Assembly (NCBI GenBank): GCA_965287045.1
Contig: OZ336876.1
Span: forward strand, 70,742,001-70,806,000
Origin: Carcharhinus amblyrhynchos
Lineage: Eukaryota
DNA length: 64,000 nucleotides
Reading direction: 5' to 3'
The notes under the pieces are model-generated. The model was not told the DNA's origin and did no database searches. It worked only from the letters and a program-made list of their open reading frames with translations. Below, piece after piece: positions 52,132 through 64,000 of this stretch. Position 1 is the stretch's first letter. Each line of letters opens with the position of its first letter. A program made the translations under genes and the position numbers.

Positions 52132-55100
52132 GTAAGTAAGCAGCAGTTACAAACAGTTCATAAACTGAAAGCAACGCGAAGCAGCGGCAATTTATTTAAA
52201 AAAAATAGATTCTACTGACTTCTCCTGATTCCCTTAATAGGTGGTGGAGGCATTGGATTCAAGACAACATCGCAACGGTCAAAGCCAAGGTATGGAGTTT
52301 TTAAAAAAAAATCAGACTTCCTGCAAAGCCGAATAAAGTGGTATTGCAATTCGTGAGATTGCTTTAGAATGTTTAACAATTAAACTTGCTAATGATTTTG
52401 TTAAGGATTCTAACACTCTGTCCATTCCATTCATTTCTGCCGTTATATCCCATTACAGACCTACTTTGATAAATATAATCCCAAATCTTCATGTCTGCAC
52501 ATCCTTGGAGACGGGGTGTAGGGTTGGCTGATGAGTCTTGGGCCTCTATGGAAGATCTTGGGTAGGAATTGCTTGGGAAGTTTAGACTATCCTGGGATAG
52601 CCATGATGTGGAGATGCTCGGGTGGGCACAGTAAAAGCAGGTTAAAGTCCAACAGGTTTATTTGGAATCATGAGCTTTCGGCGCACTGCTCCTTCATCAG
52701 GTTAGTCTTTGTATAGGAATTGCCCTTAAAGTTTAGACTTCCCTGGGATAGTCCGTGAATGTCTCCATCCCAACTTGGTATCTAGGCTAGAGACATGCAA
52801 CTTACCTGGATACTGATCTAGGGAATGTTATAGTTGAAAACCTGGTCTAACACCTGGATAACTCCACAACCAAACTCACCCGACCCCTCACAATCCACCA
52901 TCATGCAATGCCTCCCATCACACACCACCCTCCTCCCAGAAATACAACTAACCTCCCTGAGCAGATAGGACTAACTCCCCTTCACTAAGCTCCCTCCTCT
53001 GAACACCCCCTTGACCACTTGATTGCCCCCCTCCCCCCCAATAATCAGAAAACCCAGCCACTCGTAGACATTCCTGACTACTACCCTCACCTCCATCCCG
53101 GTCTGACCTGACTATCCCAGTGATCACCCGACTACTAACCTTATGCATGTCACCAACCTACCCAATCACTCATTCATTCACCCATTCGTCTATACGCTCA
53201 TTCATTCAGTAACCCGCACTCATTCATCAAAAGACTGGATTTTTGAAAACCTTCCTTTAAACTAGAAAGGATGGGGGGAGGGAATTGCGATGGGGAAACT
53301 GGGATGGAGGAGGTTAGCTCCCAGGTAGGGGAGGACCGCAGGCAGAATGGGAGGGAGGTTAGACAGGGGGTGGAGAAGGGAAATGCCCAGACTGAGGGGC
53401 TGAAGTGTATATATTTTAATGCAAGGAGTGTAGTGAATAAGGTAGATGAGCTTAGGGCGTGGATTGCTGCTTGGGATTGTGATGTGGTGGCCATTACGGA
53501 GACTTGGATGTCTCAGGGACAGGCCTGGGTATTTCAGGTGCCAGGTTTCAGATGCTTCAGGAAGGACAGGGAGGATGGCAGAAGAGGTGGTGGAGTGGCA
53601 CTGTTGATCAGGGACAGTGTCATGGCTGCAGAGAAAGAGGATGCCGTGGAGGGACTATCTACAGAGTCTCTGTGGGTGGAAGTTACGAACAGCAAAGGGT
53701 CGAAAACTTTGCTGGGTGTATTCTACAGGCCACCCAATAGTGACAGGGAAGTTGAAGTGCAGATAGGGAAACAGATTCTGGAGAGATGTATTAATAACAG
53801 AGTTGTCGTGATGGGAGACTTCAATTTCCCAAACATCGACTGGAATATCCCTAGGGTAAGGGGTTTGGATGGGGAGGAGTTTGTTAGGTGTGTTCAGGAA
53901 GGTTTCCTGACACAGTATGTGGATAAGCCTACGAGGGGAGAGGCTGTACTTGACCTGGTACTGGCGAATGAACCAGGGCAGGTGATGGATCTCTCGGTAG
54001 GAGAGCATCTTGGGAATGGTGACCATAATTCTATCTCCTTCACAATTGCATTGGAACGAGATAGGATCAGGCAGGCTAGGAAGGTGTTTGTCTGGAGTAA
54101 GGGGAGATACAAAGAAGTCAGGAAGTTACTTGGACAAATAAACTGGAAGGAGGTGTTCTTAGGGAAAAGTACCGAAGGAAGGTGGCGGATATTCAAGGAA
54201 TGTTTGTCTGGAGCTATGCATGACAACGTTCCGATGAGACAAGGGGGTTTTGGTAGGTCGCGGGAACCGTGGTGCACGAAGGCTGTGTTGAACCTAGTCA
54301 GGAGGAAAGGGAAGGTGTACAAAAGGTTCAGGGAACTAGGAGAGGTTAAGGATCTTGAGGAGTATAAGGACTGTAGAAAGGAGCTTAAAAGGGAAATTAG
54401 GAGAGCCAGAAGGGGTCATGAGAAGACCTTGGCGGGTAAGATTAAGGAGAATCCCAAGGCCTTCTATAAATATGTGAAAGGTGAAAGGATGAGAAGAGAA
54501 GGGATAGGACCTATAAAAGGTGAAGGGGGAAAGGTCTGTGTGGAACCAGAAGAAATGGCAGAGGTGCTTAATGAGTACTTTGCCTCAGTATTCACGGTGG
54601 AAGCTGATCTGGGAGATTTTGCTACGGATTTGCAGCAGATGGAAAAGATTGAGTTTGTGGATATTAAGGTGGAGGATGTGTTAGAACTTTTGAATTCTAT
54701 CAAGATAGATAAGTCGCCGGGACCAGATGGGATGTACCCCAGGATACTGTGGGAGGCGAGGGAAGTGATTGCAGAGCCCCTGGCGATGATCTTTGCGTCG
54801 TCAATGGAGACGGGAGAGGTTCCGGAAGATTGGAGGATTGCGGATGTAGTCCCTATTTTTAAGAAAGGGAACAGAGATAGCCCGGGAAGTTACCGACCGG
54901 TGAGTCTGACCTCAGTGGTTGGTAAGCTGATGGAGAGGCTTCTGAGGGACAAGATTTACGAGCATTTGGAGAGGTTTGACATGATCAGGAATAGTCAGCA
55001 TGGATTTGTCAAGGGCAGGTCGTGCCTTACGAGCCTAGTTGAGTTCTTCGATAATGTGACTGAACACATTGACGAAGGAAGTGCCGTGGTGTACATGGAC

Positions 55101-58100
55101 TTCAGCAAGGTGTTTGATAAGGTCCCCCATGCAAGACTTCTTGAGAAGGTGAGAGGGCATGGAATCCAAGGGCCTTTGGCCTTGTGGATCCAGAACTGGC
55201 TTGCCTGCAGAAGGCAGAGAGTGGTTGTGGATGGGTCTTTTTCTGCATGGAGGTCAGTCACCAGTGGAGTGCCCCAGGGATCTGTTCTAGGACCCTTGCT
55301 GTTTGTCATTTTCATAAATGACCTGGATGAGGAAGTGGAGGGATGGGTAAGTAAGTTCGCTGATGACACGAAGGTCGGTGGTGTTGTGGACGGTCTGGAA
55401 GGATGTCAAAAGTTGCAGCAGGACATAAATAGGATGCAGGACTGGGCGGAGAAGTGGCAGATGGACTTCAACGCGGATAAATGCGTAGTCGTCCATTTTG
55501 GCATAACCAACGGGATGAACGAGTACACTATCAAGGGCAGGAGTCTTAGTAGTGTTGAAGAGCAGAAGGATCTTGGGGTTCGGGTCCACAGGACTCTTAA
55601 ATCGGCCTCGCAGGTGGAAGAGGTGGTCAAGAAGGCGTATGGTGTACTGGCCTTCATTAATCGAGGGATTGAGTTTAGGAGTCGGGAGGTAATGCTGCAA
55701 CTTTATAAGACCCTTGTCAGGCCTCATTTGGAGTACTGTGTGCAGTTCTGGTCGCCTCACTATAGGAAAGACGTAGAAGCTATTGAAAGGGTACAGAGGA
55801 GATTTACAAGGATGTTGCCTGGACTGGGAGGCATGCCTTATGAAGTTAGGTTGAGGGAGCTGGGTCTCTTTTCCCTGGAGAGACGAAGGTTGAGAGGCGA
55901 CCTGATAGAAGTTTATAAAATGTTGAGAGGAATAGATAGGGTGGATTCTCAGAGGCTATTTCCCCGGGTTGAAATGGTCGCTACGAGAGGACACAGATTT
56001 AAGGTGCGGGGAGGAAAGTACAGAAGTGATGTTAGGGGTAAGTTTTTCACTCAGAGGTGGTGAGTGAATGGAATCGGCTGCCGTCAGTGGTGGTGGAGGC
56101 GAACTCGCTGGGGTCTTTTAAAAGACTTCTGGATGAGTATATGGGGTTTTATGGGATTGGGGGTTATAGATAGGTCTATAGATTGGTAGGTGTTGATGTG
56201 ATCGGCGCAACTCGTGGGCCGAAGGGCCTGTTTGTGCTGTAGTGTTCTATGTTCTATCTGAATCTGGCATCTACTGCCTTAAAAAAAGGAGGATATTCTC
56301 TCCTTCCTCTGACTCTAGTCCATTCAATTTAGACCAACATTGTTGCATTGCCCATTTCTCTGTCAGCTGGGTGTTTTGAAGAACCTTCCTGGAAAGTCTT
56401 CAAAGAGCTTTAAGTGGCATCTCCATGTGTCACACCTGCTTGAGCAGTACCATTTGTGATAAAGTAGTTCTAGATTTCTCTATCCTAGTGCCTGGTAAAT
56501 ATCCTTAAATTTACATCTGTGTTACTGCCAAACCTACAATACTAAATGCCATTGTTGTTTGCACATTATCATCTTATTTATGCTTTTGTGGTCACTAAAC
56601 AAGAATTATTGAAGGGGAATAAGATTCTCTTCTCTTGCATTTGCTTTTATAAATTATCAATTGTCACAGTACTGCTAGCATCATGTTTTGTAGAAATAGT
56701 TTTAAATCCTTTATCCTTTCAAATAGAAACAGTCTCACAGTAGCATTTTTTTCCTACTCATTATTGATCCCTTGAGGTAGTTAATCCATTGCAGATTAGG
56801 CTGAATCAGAAAGTCACTTCAGTGTAGTGATTTCATGTGCCTCAAGCCAGCACTGTAGACACACATCTGTATGAATGTCTCCAAAGGAAATCATAGCTCT
56901 GATGTTGTTATAGGAAGGAGAAGATTTTCATAGGTTGTGGCTTTTTGATGGCATTGCCAACTTGTTCACTGGATGAAGAACGTTGGCAATGTGCCACATG
57001 TCTGCTGTTTATGTATAAACTACTGTACTCCAATGATTTCACATTGTGTACCAGGATTACGACTATATCCTTTAAATTTTATCATTTTAATTTGCAGTCT
57101 GCAAAAGCTGTGGAGCTTTTGACGCATGATTTGGCTGAATTCACTCAGGTTATCCAACATGACACTGTGACTACCATTGCAGCCACGGCTTTAGCATTCA
57201 AAGAGAAACTTAATGTGAGTCTATAGCCTATTATAATTTACACTGTACATACCAAGTTTCTGATTGCATATCTGTTAATAAATTTACTTTTTTTCTGGTA
57301 AGGAAGTATAAGCATGTTCTGGTTGAAGCGTCAAGTTCCTCTAAGGAAACTTGCTTCTGTTTATTTTGCTTCAGCATTGATAAACATATCCTATAATGGG
57401 ATGTGTGACTGCACTGCATGTATATACATATATAAAAATAGCCCTTATTTATGATCTTTGCATGACAGCAATTTTAGTCATGCTGCGATTTCAGTAGAAA
57501 ACTAATCCAGTTACACTGAAAGCAGAACATGCGGATGTGGGAAATCTGAAATAAAAACAAAAAGTGCTGGAAATACACAGCATTTTTGACAGCATCTGTG
57601 ACGAGAAAAATACAAGCTCACTGATTCCCACAGCTATCTTGACTGCAGCTCCTCGCGCTCTGCTTCTTGTAAGTAATCCATCCCATTCTCCAAGTTTCTC
57701 CATCTCTATCGCATCAATTCCAATGATGCCACCTTGGAAAATGGTGTTTCTGACATGTCTGCCTTACTGCACCTATGCCCTCAAACCTTCCATTCCTCCC
57801 AGAGCCATGATAGGATCTCCCTTGTTCACACTTCCCACCGCACCAGCGTCTGCATTCAAAGGATCATCCTCCGTGATTTCCACCGACTCCAGCGTGATGC
57901 CACCATGAATCACGTCACTGTCTGTGTCAGCATTCTGCAGGGACCACTCACTTCATGGCACCCTAGTCCACTTCACCATCACCCTACCACCCCATCCCTT
58001 TAAATGGCACTTCCTCATGAAATCACATAAGGTGCAACACCTGCCCCTTAACCTCCTCCCTCCTCACCATTTAAGGCCCCAAACATTTCTATCAGATTAA

Positions 58101-61100
58101 GCAGTATTTCACTTGCACGTCCTTCAATTTGATCTATTGTATTCACTGTTTTCAATGTGGTCTTCTCTACACTGGGGAGATTAACCACAGACTGGGTGAC
58201 TGCTATGCAGAACATTTTCATTCAGCCTGCAGGCATAATTCCAACCTTCCTGTCATTTGCCATTTCAACTCAACATCTTGCTCTCATGCTTGTTCACATG
58301 TTCATCTTTGGCCTGCTGCAAAGCTCCTGTAAAGCCCAGCTAAAGCTGGTGGGACAACATCTCATCATCTGATGAGGCATGTTACAGCCCTCAGGACTCA
58401 ATACTGAGTTCCAACAACTTTAGACTGTTTTCTTTCTCCTTCCTCTTAACCTTTTTTTTTATCCAAAATATGTTTGGTCCCAATTCAGTCCTCCCACTCC
58501 TCTCACCCACTTTGCCATCAATCGCTTATTCTTTAGTTTTGTATTCATTGAGCACTGACATTTGTTCTTCCATCAACACATTCTGATATCTTACCTTTAT
58601 GCCACTGTCATCACCTTCTACAGCCCTACATGCTTCCTCTCTCTTGTGACTTACACATCTTTACTGCAATCTGACCCACCTTTCACTGACCTTCTAATCT
58701 GCTCCAGCTGCTCTATCCCTTTTGTACAGTATATAATCCATCACATTTCTGCCGCTCTGTAATTCTGAAAAAGAGTCATAAGAACTTGAAACTCTGTTCC
58801 TTTCTCCATAGATGCTGCTAGATCAGTTGTATTTTTCCACACTTTGTTTTATTTCATGTTGATAATGAAGTGTAGTACAGTTAATGATTTCTGATAACAA
58901 AAGATAGAATGTCTTTGATGTTTTGGTATTTATGTTCCAGTAACAATGTAACTGCAAATTTGTGAATTTAAGAGTTATATGTTGAACAATATTTTATCTG
59001 ATTCCAAAAGAAAGTATGCAACATCTTTCAGTTATCAAGTTCATTAATTTCCCTGAGCTAATATGATTTTTAATTTTCATTATAAGTAGCTGTTATTTTC
59101 TCCTCTCACTCCTATGTTCAGTAAAACCAGAGGTGGATATCACCATGATACTTACAAACTGCAGAAGTATAGAGGATTTATTTTGGTGCTTTTCTTCTCT
59201 TCCAGGTTGAAGAACACACAGAAGGAGACCAGGCATTGAGCAAAGGGCTGTCAAAATTGCTTGGAGCTATTTCTGATGCATTTACACCTACAGTGGAAGA
59301 ATCCATCACGTCTGATGTGGAAACAAAAAAGGATACTCAGATGCAAATTAGTGACTCGTATGATGGTTTTAAGGTACACAGTGTTGTCAGATAATGGATA
59401 GAGGTGAAGTAGAAGGACAAATTATTTTTTGAAAACAACTATCTTTTAACATTTTTTATTTCGCAGGTCCGCCTCACTAACCTTCAGATTGATCCTGCAA
59501 CGTACTCCAGTAGGCCAGATGGTAAGATGTAACAAAATAGTAAAATCAACATTTGGAGAGTTGCAAACAATATTTCTTCCAAAGATTTTCATATTTTAAC
59601 TATTGCATCATTCCTTTTTATATATTAGATTATTTCATGTAGTAACTCATCACATTTCTCTGCTGTCCCCATTTCACCAGCAGCATAGGCACGCTCTTTC
59701 TTCTCCCTGGCGAGTCAAGGGCTCACTCCTCAGAACATGTGTGAGTTCTCAGGCATGACTCCACCAGCTAGGTGTGCCTACTTACACCCGTTGTGGTTGA
59801 GTTTGCCCTGTGATGACACAAAGAGGAAGAGTGTAGGTGGGAGTGTTGACATTTAAGCTGGTGATGAGATGTGGCATGCATGGGACTTGAGTAGGAACTG
59901 GAGTGTGAGGAACATAGTAGGTACTGAGCGAACATGGTGATTTTGCGAGGAAAGGGGAAATCTGGTGCCAAGGTAGCTGAGTCAGAGACAGGGTTAGGTG
60001 TGCAAAAGGTGTGCGAGGGGGTTCAGTGGGAGACCGGGGGTGGTTCACTTACCCTGCTGAGTGAAGATCATTCATCATCTGACATTGCTGCCCATTCTCA
60101 CTGCATCCGGGGAGTAGAGAGCCAGGGTAAAGTGTGTCTTGCCTCCGCTCCATCCAGCATTCTGGTGAGGGCCCCCTCCAAGTTGCACGGTGCTGCCTTC
60201 TTGTCTGCTGTTCCCTGCAGTCATTGTGAAAGAAGTGCTAATGTGCCGTTTATATGGAGCTGTCCAGTGCTTGTAGCAGTTAGGTTGTTGCAGGGCTGGC
60301 AAATCAGAGGGAACGTGCCACTGGAGGAGCATGAAACCCATGGGCATAAAAATTATTACCAATGGGGCATGAGATTCAGCCCAAACCATGCCAGCGCCGT
60401 CAGTGGGAGTCATTCCCATGCCAGAACCAATACTGTGCTATTTTCTGGTAAGATTGCACCCAAAATATTGGGGGTTAGACGGGAAAGTAGAGATTAGGCC
60501 ACAATCAGATCAGCCACCCTCTTATCAAATGAGGAAGTAGGCTTGAGGGACCAAATAGCCTACTTCTTCTCTTAAGAAATCCCCTCTACGTTGATATCAA
60601 GGCCACCCAGAATATTGTCCCCCGCCACCCAGTGGTGAAGGAGAAAACACTCCATTTTTTTCTGAGATGATCACACTAAAACCAATTGTATAGTTACCAT
60701 GAGCCAAATGGTCTACTTAAATGCCATTATGACTGAGACACAATTCTCTACCCTAACAAGAACTAAACAATGTTAGTGATTCAGAATAATGCATCCAGGG
60801 TAATAAGAAAACAATGTGCAGATTTGCTATTCCTTGTGGCCTGTGTAACGAACAAGATTTGTCATTTTCACTGTGTTTCTAACTCCAGTGCAAAGCAATT
60901 TCTTAGATATTCACCTGACTTGCTCATCTCAGATTTAATGATTATACTGAAATTGTTGGTTTCAGCCTCCCTACATATCCTTCCTTCATGGTTCAGTCTC
61001 ACTTTTGCTTTGAATGTGCATAATGAAAAAAGATCAGTGCTTCTTTTTAGTGAGTAACCTGCAGGAAACATTTTCTGTAATTCAAAATATTCAAATTTAT

Positions 61101-62075
61101 TTTAGCTCTTTCCAGCAAATTAAATACTGAATTTCAAAGCTGACCTGTTTTCGGTGATTATTTGGATGAGCTCACTCTTTTCTCATTCTATGTGAATCCT
61201 TTTATGTCTGCAGATCAATTTAACTTCTGGCTGTTGACCTTCAGCTTGGAAGATGAGAACTGTTCAATATCGGATCTCTTGGTCAATAGTCCACCAATAA
61301 GAGATCTTTACGCAAAACTGGTAAATTTAACAGAAAACATTTTTGGTGAATTAAAATATTTAGATAAGTTGCATGCAACCACACATATGCAAAGATGGAT
61401 TTCGCTTCCAGCTCTTGAGGAGTCAGTTCGCTGTGTTGGCAGGATGGCTGGTTAGTGATGCAGAGCACAGGTTCAATTCTTGTATCGGCTGATGTTATTC
61501 ATAAAGGCTTGCCTTTCAACCTTGCCCTTTTTCCTGAGGTGTTTCCTGATCCTCAGGTAAAATTGCCACCAGTCAGCTCTCCATCAAAAGGGAGAGCAGC
61601 CTATGGTCATCTTGGACTTTACCTTACTTATAGATTACTTTGTATTCTTGGAAGAAAAATATGGATTGTGAAGCTAAAACAATTTCTTCAAATTGCTGCA
61701 AAAAATATTCAAATTCAGTTTGAGCTAACAATTTTATCTTCATCATATTATTCCTGTAAACTTTTAAAAAGTTGTGGTTTAGAAGAGTGGGCTGAAATAT
61801 TATTCTTTTGAGGATCAACTTTGCAGTCTCATTTTTGTGAATGAGCTAAGCCGTGCTAATTTAAGCAAGTCTGTTAATTTTATGTAACTCATGAGAAGCA
61901 TTGTTTTATTAATAGACTCTTTATGCTTTAACTTTACTGTGCTTGTATTGTGTATTTGAGCTTTTTATGTTTGATTTGCCTATTTTTATTTGAAATATTT
62001 TAACAGGTTCCTTCTGAGGTCACTCATGCTGACTTTTGGTGTCGGTATTTCTACAGAGTACACCAACTTCATCAG
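52121..62075 (+). CDS. BSD domain-containing protein 1-like, exons 1-7 (52121-52131, 52241-52289, 57098-57214, 59206-59373, 59467-59521, 61214-61320, 62007-62075); no stop reached, presumably continues beyond the window
   Basis: Spliced ORF MAERWWRHWIQDNIATVKAKSAKAVELLTHDLAEFTQVIQHDTVTTIAATA...KGLSKLLGAISDAF...YDGFKVRLTNLQIDPATYSSRPD...ISDLLVNSPPIRDLYAKLVPSEVTHADFWCRYFYRVHQLHQ, colinear with BSDC1 as I recall it; FW.RYF BSD motif; all GT-AG, no stops. Confidence 0.9.
52241..52289 (+). CDS. BSDC1-like exon 2
   Basis: aatag|G TGG TGG AGG CAT TGG...AAG|gtatgg (WWRHWIQDNIATVKAK). Confidence 0.85.
53255..56257 (+). mobile_element. CR1 LINE with near-complete ORF2 (APE + RT, 930 aa; ORF 53271-56063) in BSDC1-like intron 2
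   Basis: CIYFNARS, ITETW, GDFNFP, LDLVL, GDHNS; YMDFSK, GVPQGS, FADDTK; 1-nt frameshift near 56056; tail gttctatgttctat. Confidence 0.97.
57098..57214 (+). CDS. BSDC1-like exon 3
   Basis: tttgcag|SAKAVELLTHDLAEFTQVIQHDTVTTIAATALAFKEKLN|gtgagt. Confidence 0.92.
57515..58855 (+). mobile_element. Degenerate Penelope-like element (GIY-YIG region)
   Basis: IQRIILRDFHRLQRD, IYCIHCFQCGLLYTGE...RLGDCYAEHF, LPVICHFNS. Confidence 0.75.
59206..59373 (+). CDS. BSDC1-like exon 4
   Basis: tccag|VEEHTEGDQALSKGLSKLLGAISDAFTPTVEESITSDV...SYDGFK|gtacac. Confidence 0.9.
59467..59521 (+). CDS. BSDC1-like exon 5
   Basis: cgcag|VRLTNLQIDPATYSSRPD G|gtaaga. Confidence 0.9.
59650..60462 (-). mobile_element. Non-autonomous Harbinger-like element with decayed Myb/SANT ORF remnant
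   Basis: Minus strand KKAAP..LEGALTRMLDGAEAR..MNDL..R|gtaagt; TIR-like end gggtgcaatcttacc. Confidence 0.45.
61214..61320 (+). CDS. BSDC1-like exon 6 (start of BSD domain)
   Basis: ctgcag|AT CAA TTT...FWLLTFSLEDENCSISDLLVNSPPIRDLYAKL|gtaaat. Confidence 0.87.
62007..62075 (+). CDS. BSDC1-like exon 7 (BSD FW motif)
   Basis: taacag|VPSEVTHADFWCRYFYRVHQLHQ|gtcagg. Confidence 0.92.
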
Positions 62076-62674
62076 GTCAGGACTGCAATGGATAGACATT
62101 TTCTGGACAAGACAATAAAGATGCGCAGTATGGGTACTAACATTAATTTCAGCATCTCTGGGCACCGATGGTGGGATGGCAGATGAAAGTAAACAATTGC
62201 TGTAAATTCCCCTGTTTTGGATGGCAGATGAGGAGTAGGTCATGTTTGGTTGTAGCACCCTCTGGATCAAATGTCTAGTTAGCACAGAGGATCACTCCTA
62301 GTAAGTTTGATTATTGGAAGGTGATTAACATTCATGAAAATGCTGTACTACGATTCATCTTTTTCAAGAGCAAGAAAGGATGAGGACAGAAAAGCAGAGA
62401 CAAAGTTTGACAGAAAATGGGATTTGAGGATGGGAGTTGCTGTGAAATTCTCCTATTGGTGAAACTTGGGGACTGTGTTGGTGGTTAGTTCTAACTAATT
62501 ATTCTATTGAATATTGGATTTCTGTAGGCAAAAGCATTTGTAATAAATTGATGTCATTTCCAGACAAGTGATGCTGATTGTGCTATTCTATTAAAAAAGA
62601 CAATTAAAATAGCCTTAAGAAGAGGTAAGCTTATAATAAAAGCAAAATGGTACCAAAATGTTTTCTCTTGGGTA

Positions 62675-63020
62675 GGGCAGTGGTGTAGTGGTATTGTTAC
62701 AGGACTAGTAATCCAGAAATCCAGGGTAATGTTCTGGGGACCCTGATTCAAATCCTACCATTGCAGATGGTAAAATTCAAATTAAGTAATAAAAAACGTG
62801 GAATTAAAATATTAACCATGAACATGAACCCATTGTTGATTGTCATAAAAACTTGTTCAGTTCACTAGTTTCCTTTAGGGAAGGAAATCTGTCGTCCTTA
62901 CCTGGTCTCGCCTACGTGTGACTCCAGCAATGTGGGTTGACTGTTAAATACCCTCAGAGATGGGCAGTAAATGCTGACCCGTGCAGTAATGCCCACATCC
63001 CACAAACAAATAAAACAAAA
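62675..63020 (+). mobile_element. tRNA-derived SINE (SacSINE1/DeuSINE-like)
   Basis: A box tggtgtagtgg, B box gattcaaatcc, core tttagggaaggaaatctgtcgtccttacctggtc, tail gatgggcagtaaatgctg. Confidence 0.65.
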
Positions 63021-63129
63021 TATTCCACATTATCAGCAAGTGCAGGATGATGGAATGTTGTTGCCTTGTTTCAAACTTGTGCACCTTCCAAGTGACTTGC
63101 CCAACTAGCGCCATAAAATAGCAGAATCA

Positions 63130-63325
63130 CCATTTGATTTGATTTATTATTGTCACATGTATAGTATGAAATGAAAAGTATTGTTTTTTGTGTGCTGTAC
63201 AGACAGAGCATACTGTATATAGAGAAGAAAATGAGGGAGTGCAGAATGTAATGTTGCAGTCATAGCTAGGGTGGAAAAAGATCAAATTAATGCAAGGTGG
63301 ATCCATTTAAAAATCTGATGGCAGA
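63130..63325 (-). mobile_element. Rex1-like LINE 3' tail fragment
   Basis: Matches 19510-19710. Confidence 0.65.
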
Positions 63326-64000
63326 GTAGAGAGACAGCTATGCCACAGTTTGTTTAGTGGAATACTGTGTTTATAAGAACCATCACTGGAAGTTTTTTTT
63401 GAGGCTCCCAGCTTATTAAATATTAGCAGCTCTTACTGAGGGGGCTGACTGTTGTTCTGGCCATATTGTACAAGTAGTAATTCAGATCTATGGGGCACAG
63501 TTCACCCAAAGAAAAAGACTATCATCTCAGGTGGGAATTGCATCATGTTTGGGTGCGATCCCGATTGCAATCCGCCCATGACTAGTCATCTTTTTGGACG
63601 GGAATGGGGTTTGTGCGGGGTTGGGCTTACACATGTTGGTACACAAATCAGGTTCCTCTGAGATTGAGGTGCCTTTTAAAAAGGATGCTCCAATTTTTGA
63701 GTAAAGTGACAGCCACCCCCTCCTCCACCCCCCTCAGGACATTGCAAATTCCGCTGCCGCCCGCCCCCCACAGATAAGGGCATCACCCCCAACCCTTCAG
63801 CATAGAGAGACAACCAACCTACCCCCATTCCCCCATCACTAAATAGTTGGGTCACCCATCTGCCCCCCACACACACATAACACACCACACGGGCATCAGG
63901 GTAACCCAACCTACCCGTTACCCCTCCCAAGTGAGCAACACCCTAATATGGGATAGCCAAGAGCTTCCCCCTTCAGGCACCGCCTGTGTCCCAGAGGGGC

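Noticed and set aside
53271-56063. Novel RT-based system (retron, DGR or similar)
   Set aside because: APE plus RT architecture, microsatellite 3' tail and multiple decayed copies make it an ordinary CR1 LINE in a vertebrate genome.
62675-62765. tRNA gene
   Set aside because: A and B boxes are present, but they head a multi-copy SINE and no proper cloverleaf was seen.

Overview
Eukaryotic, intron-rich vertebrate DNA whose repeat landscape (CR1 LINEs, HE1-like and DeuSINE-like SINEs, Penelope, Rex1, Harbinger) points to a cartilaginous fish, most likely a shark. Three spliced genes can be rebuilt by hand with GT-AG junctions and consistent phases. (1) CCN6/WISP3 exons 2-5 on + (6769-15375); exon 1 was not found. 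(2) A complete 12-exon epsilon-tubulin gene TUBE1 on - (26879-51588, 475 aa), convergent with CCN6. (3) The first 7 exons of a divergent BSD-domain gene, BSDC1-like, on + (52121 to at least 62075), head-to-head with TUBE1 across a ~530-bp CpG-rich promoter carrying RFX X-box and CRE motifs. Main points of interest: the BSDC1-like gene sits where mammals have FAM229B and looks like a retained whole-genome-duplication paralog of BSDC1, and this CCN6 keeps all 10 VWC cysteines (38 of 38 overall) whereas human CCN6 has lost four. The rest is mostly transposon debris, including a nearly intact CR1 ORF2, a templated 3'UTR copy inside a LINE, a perfect 23-bp hairpin and local duplications. All comparisons to human proteins and synteny are from memory, not database searches; repeat boundaries are approximate.
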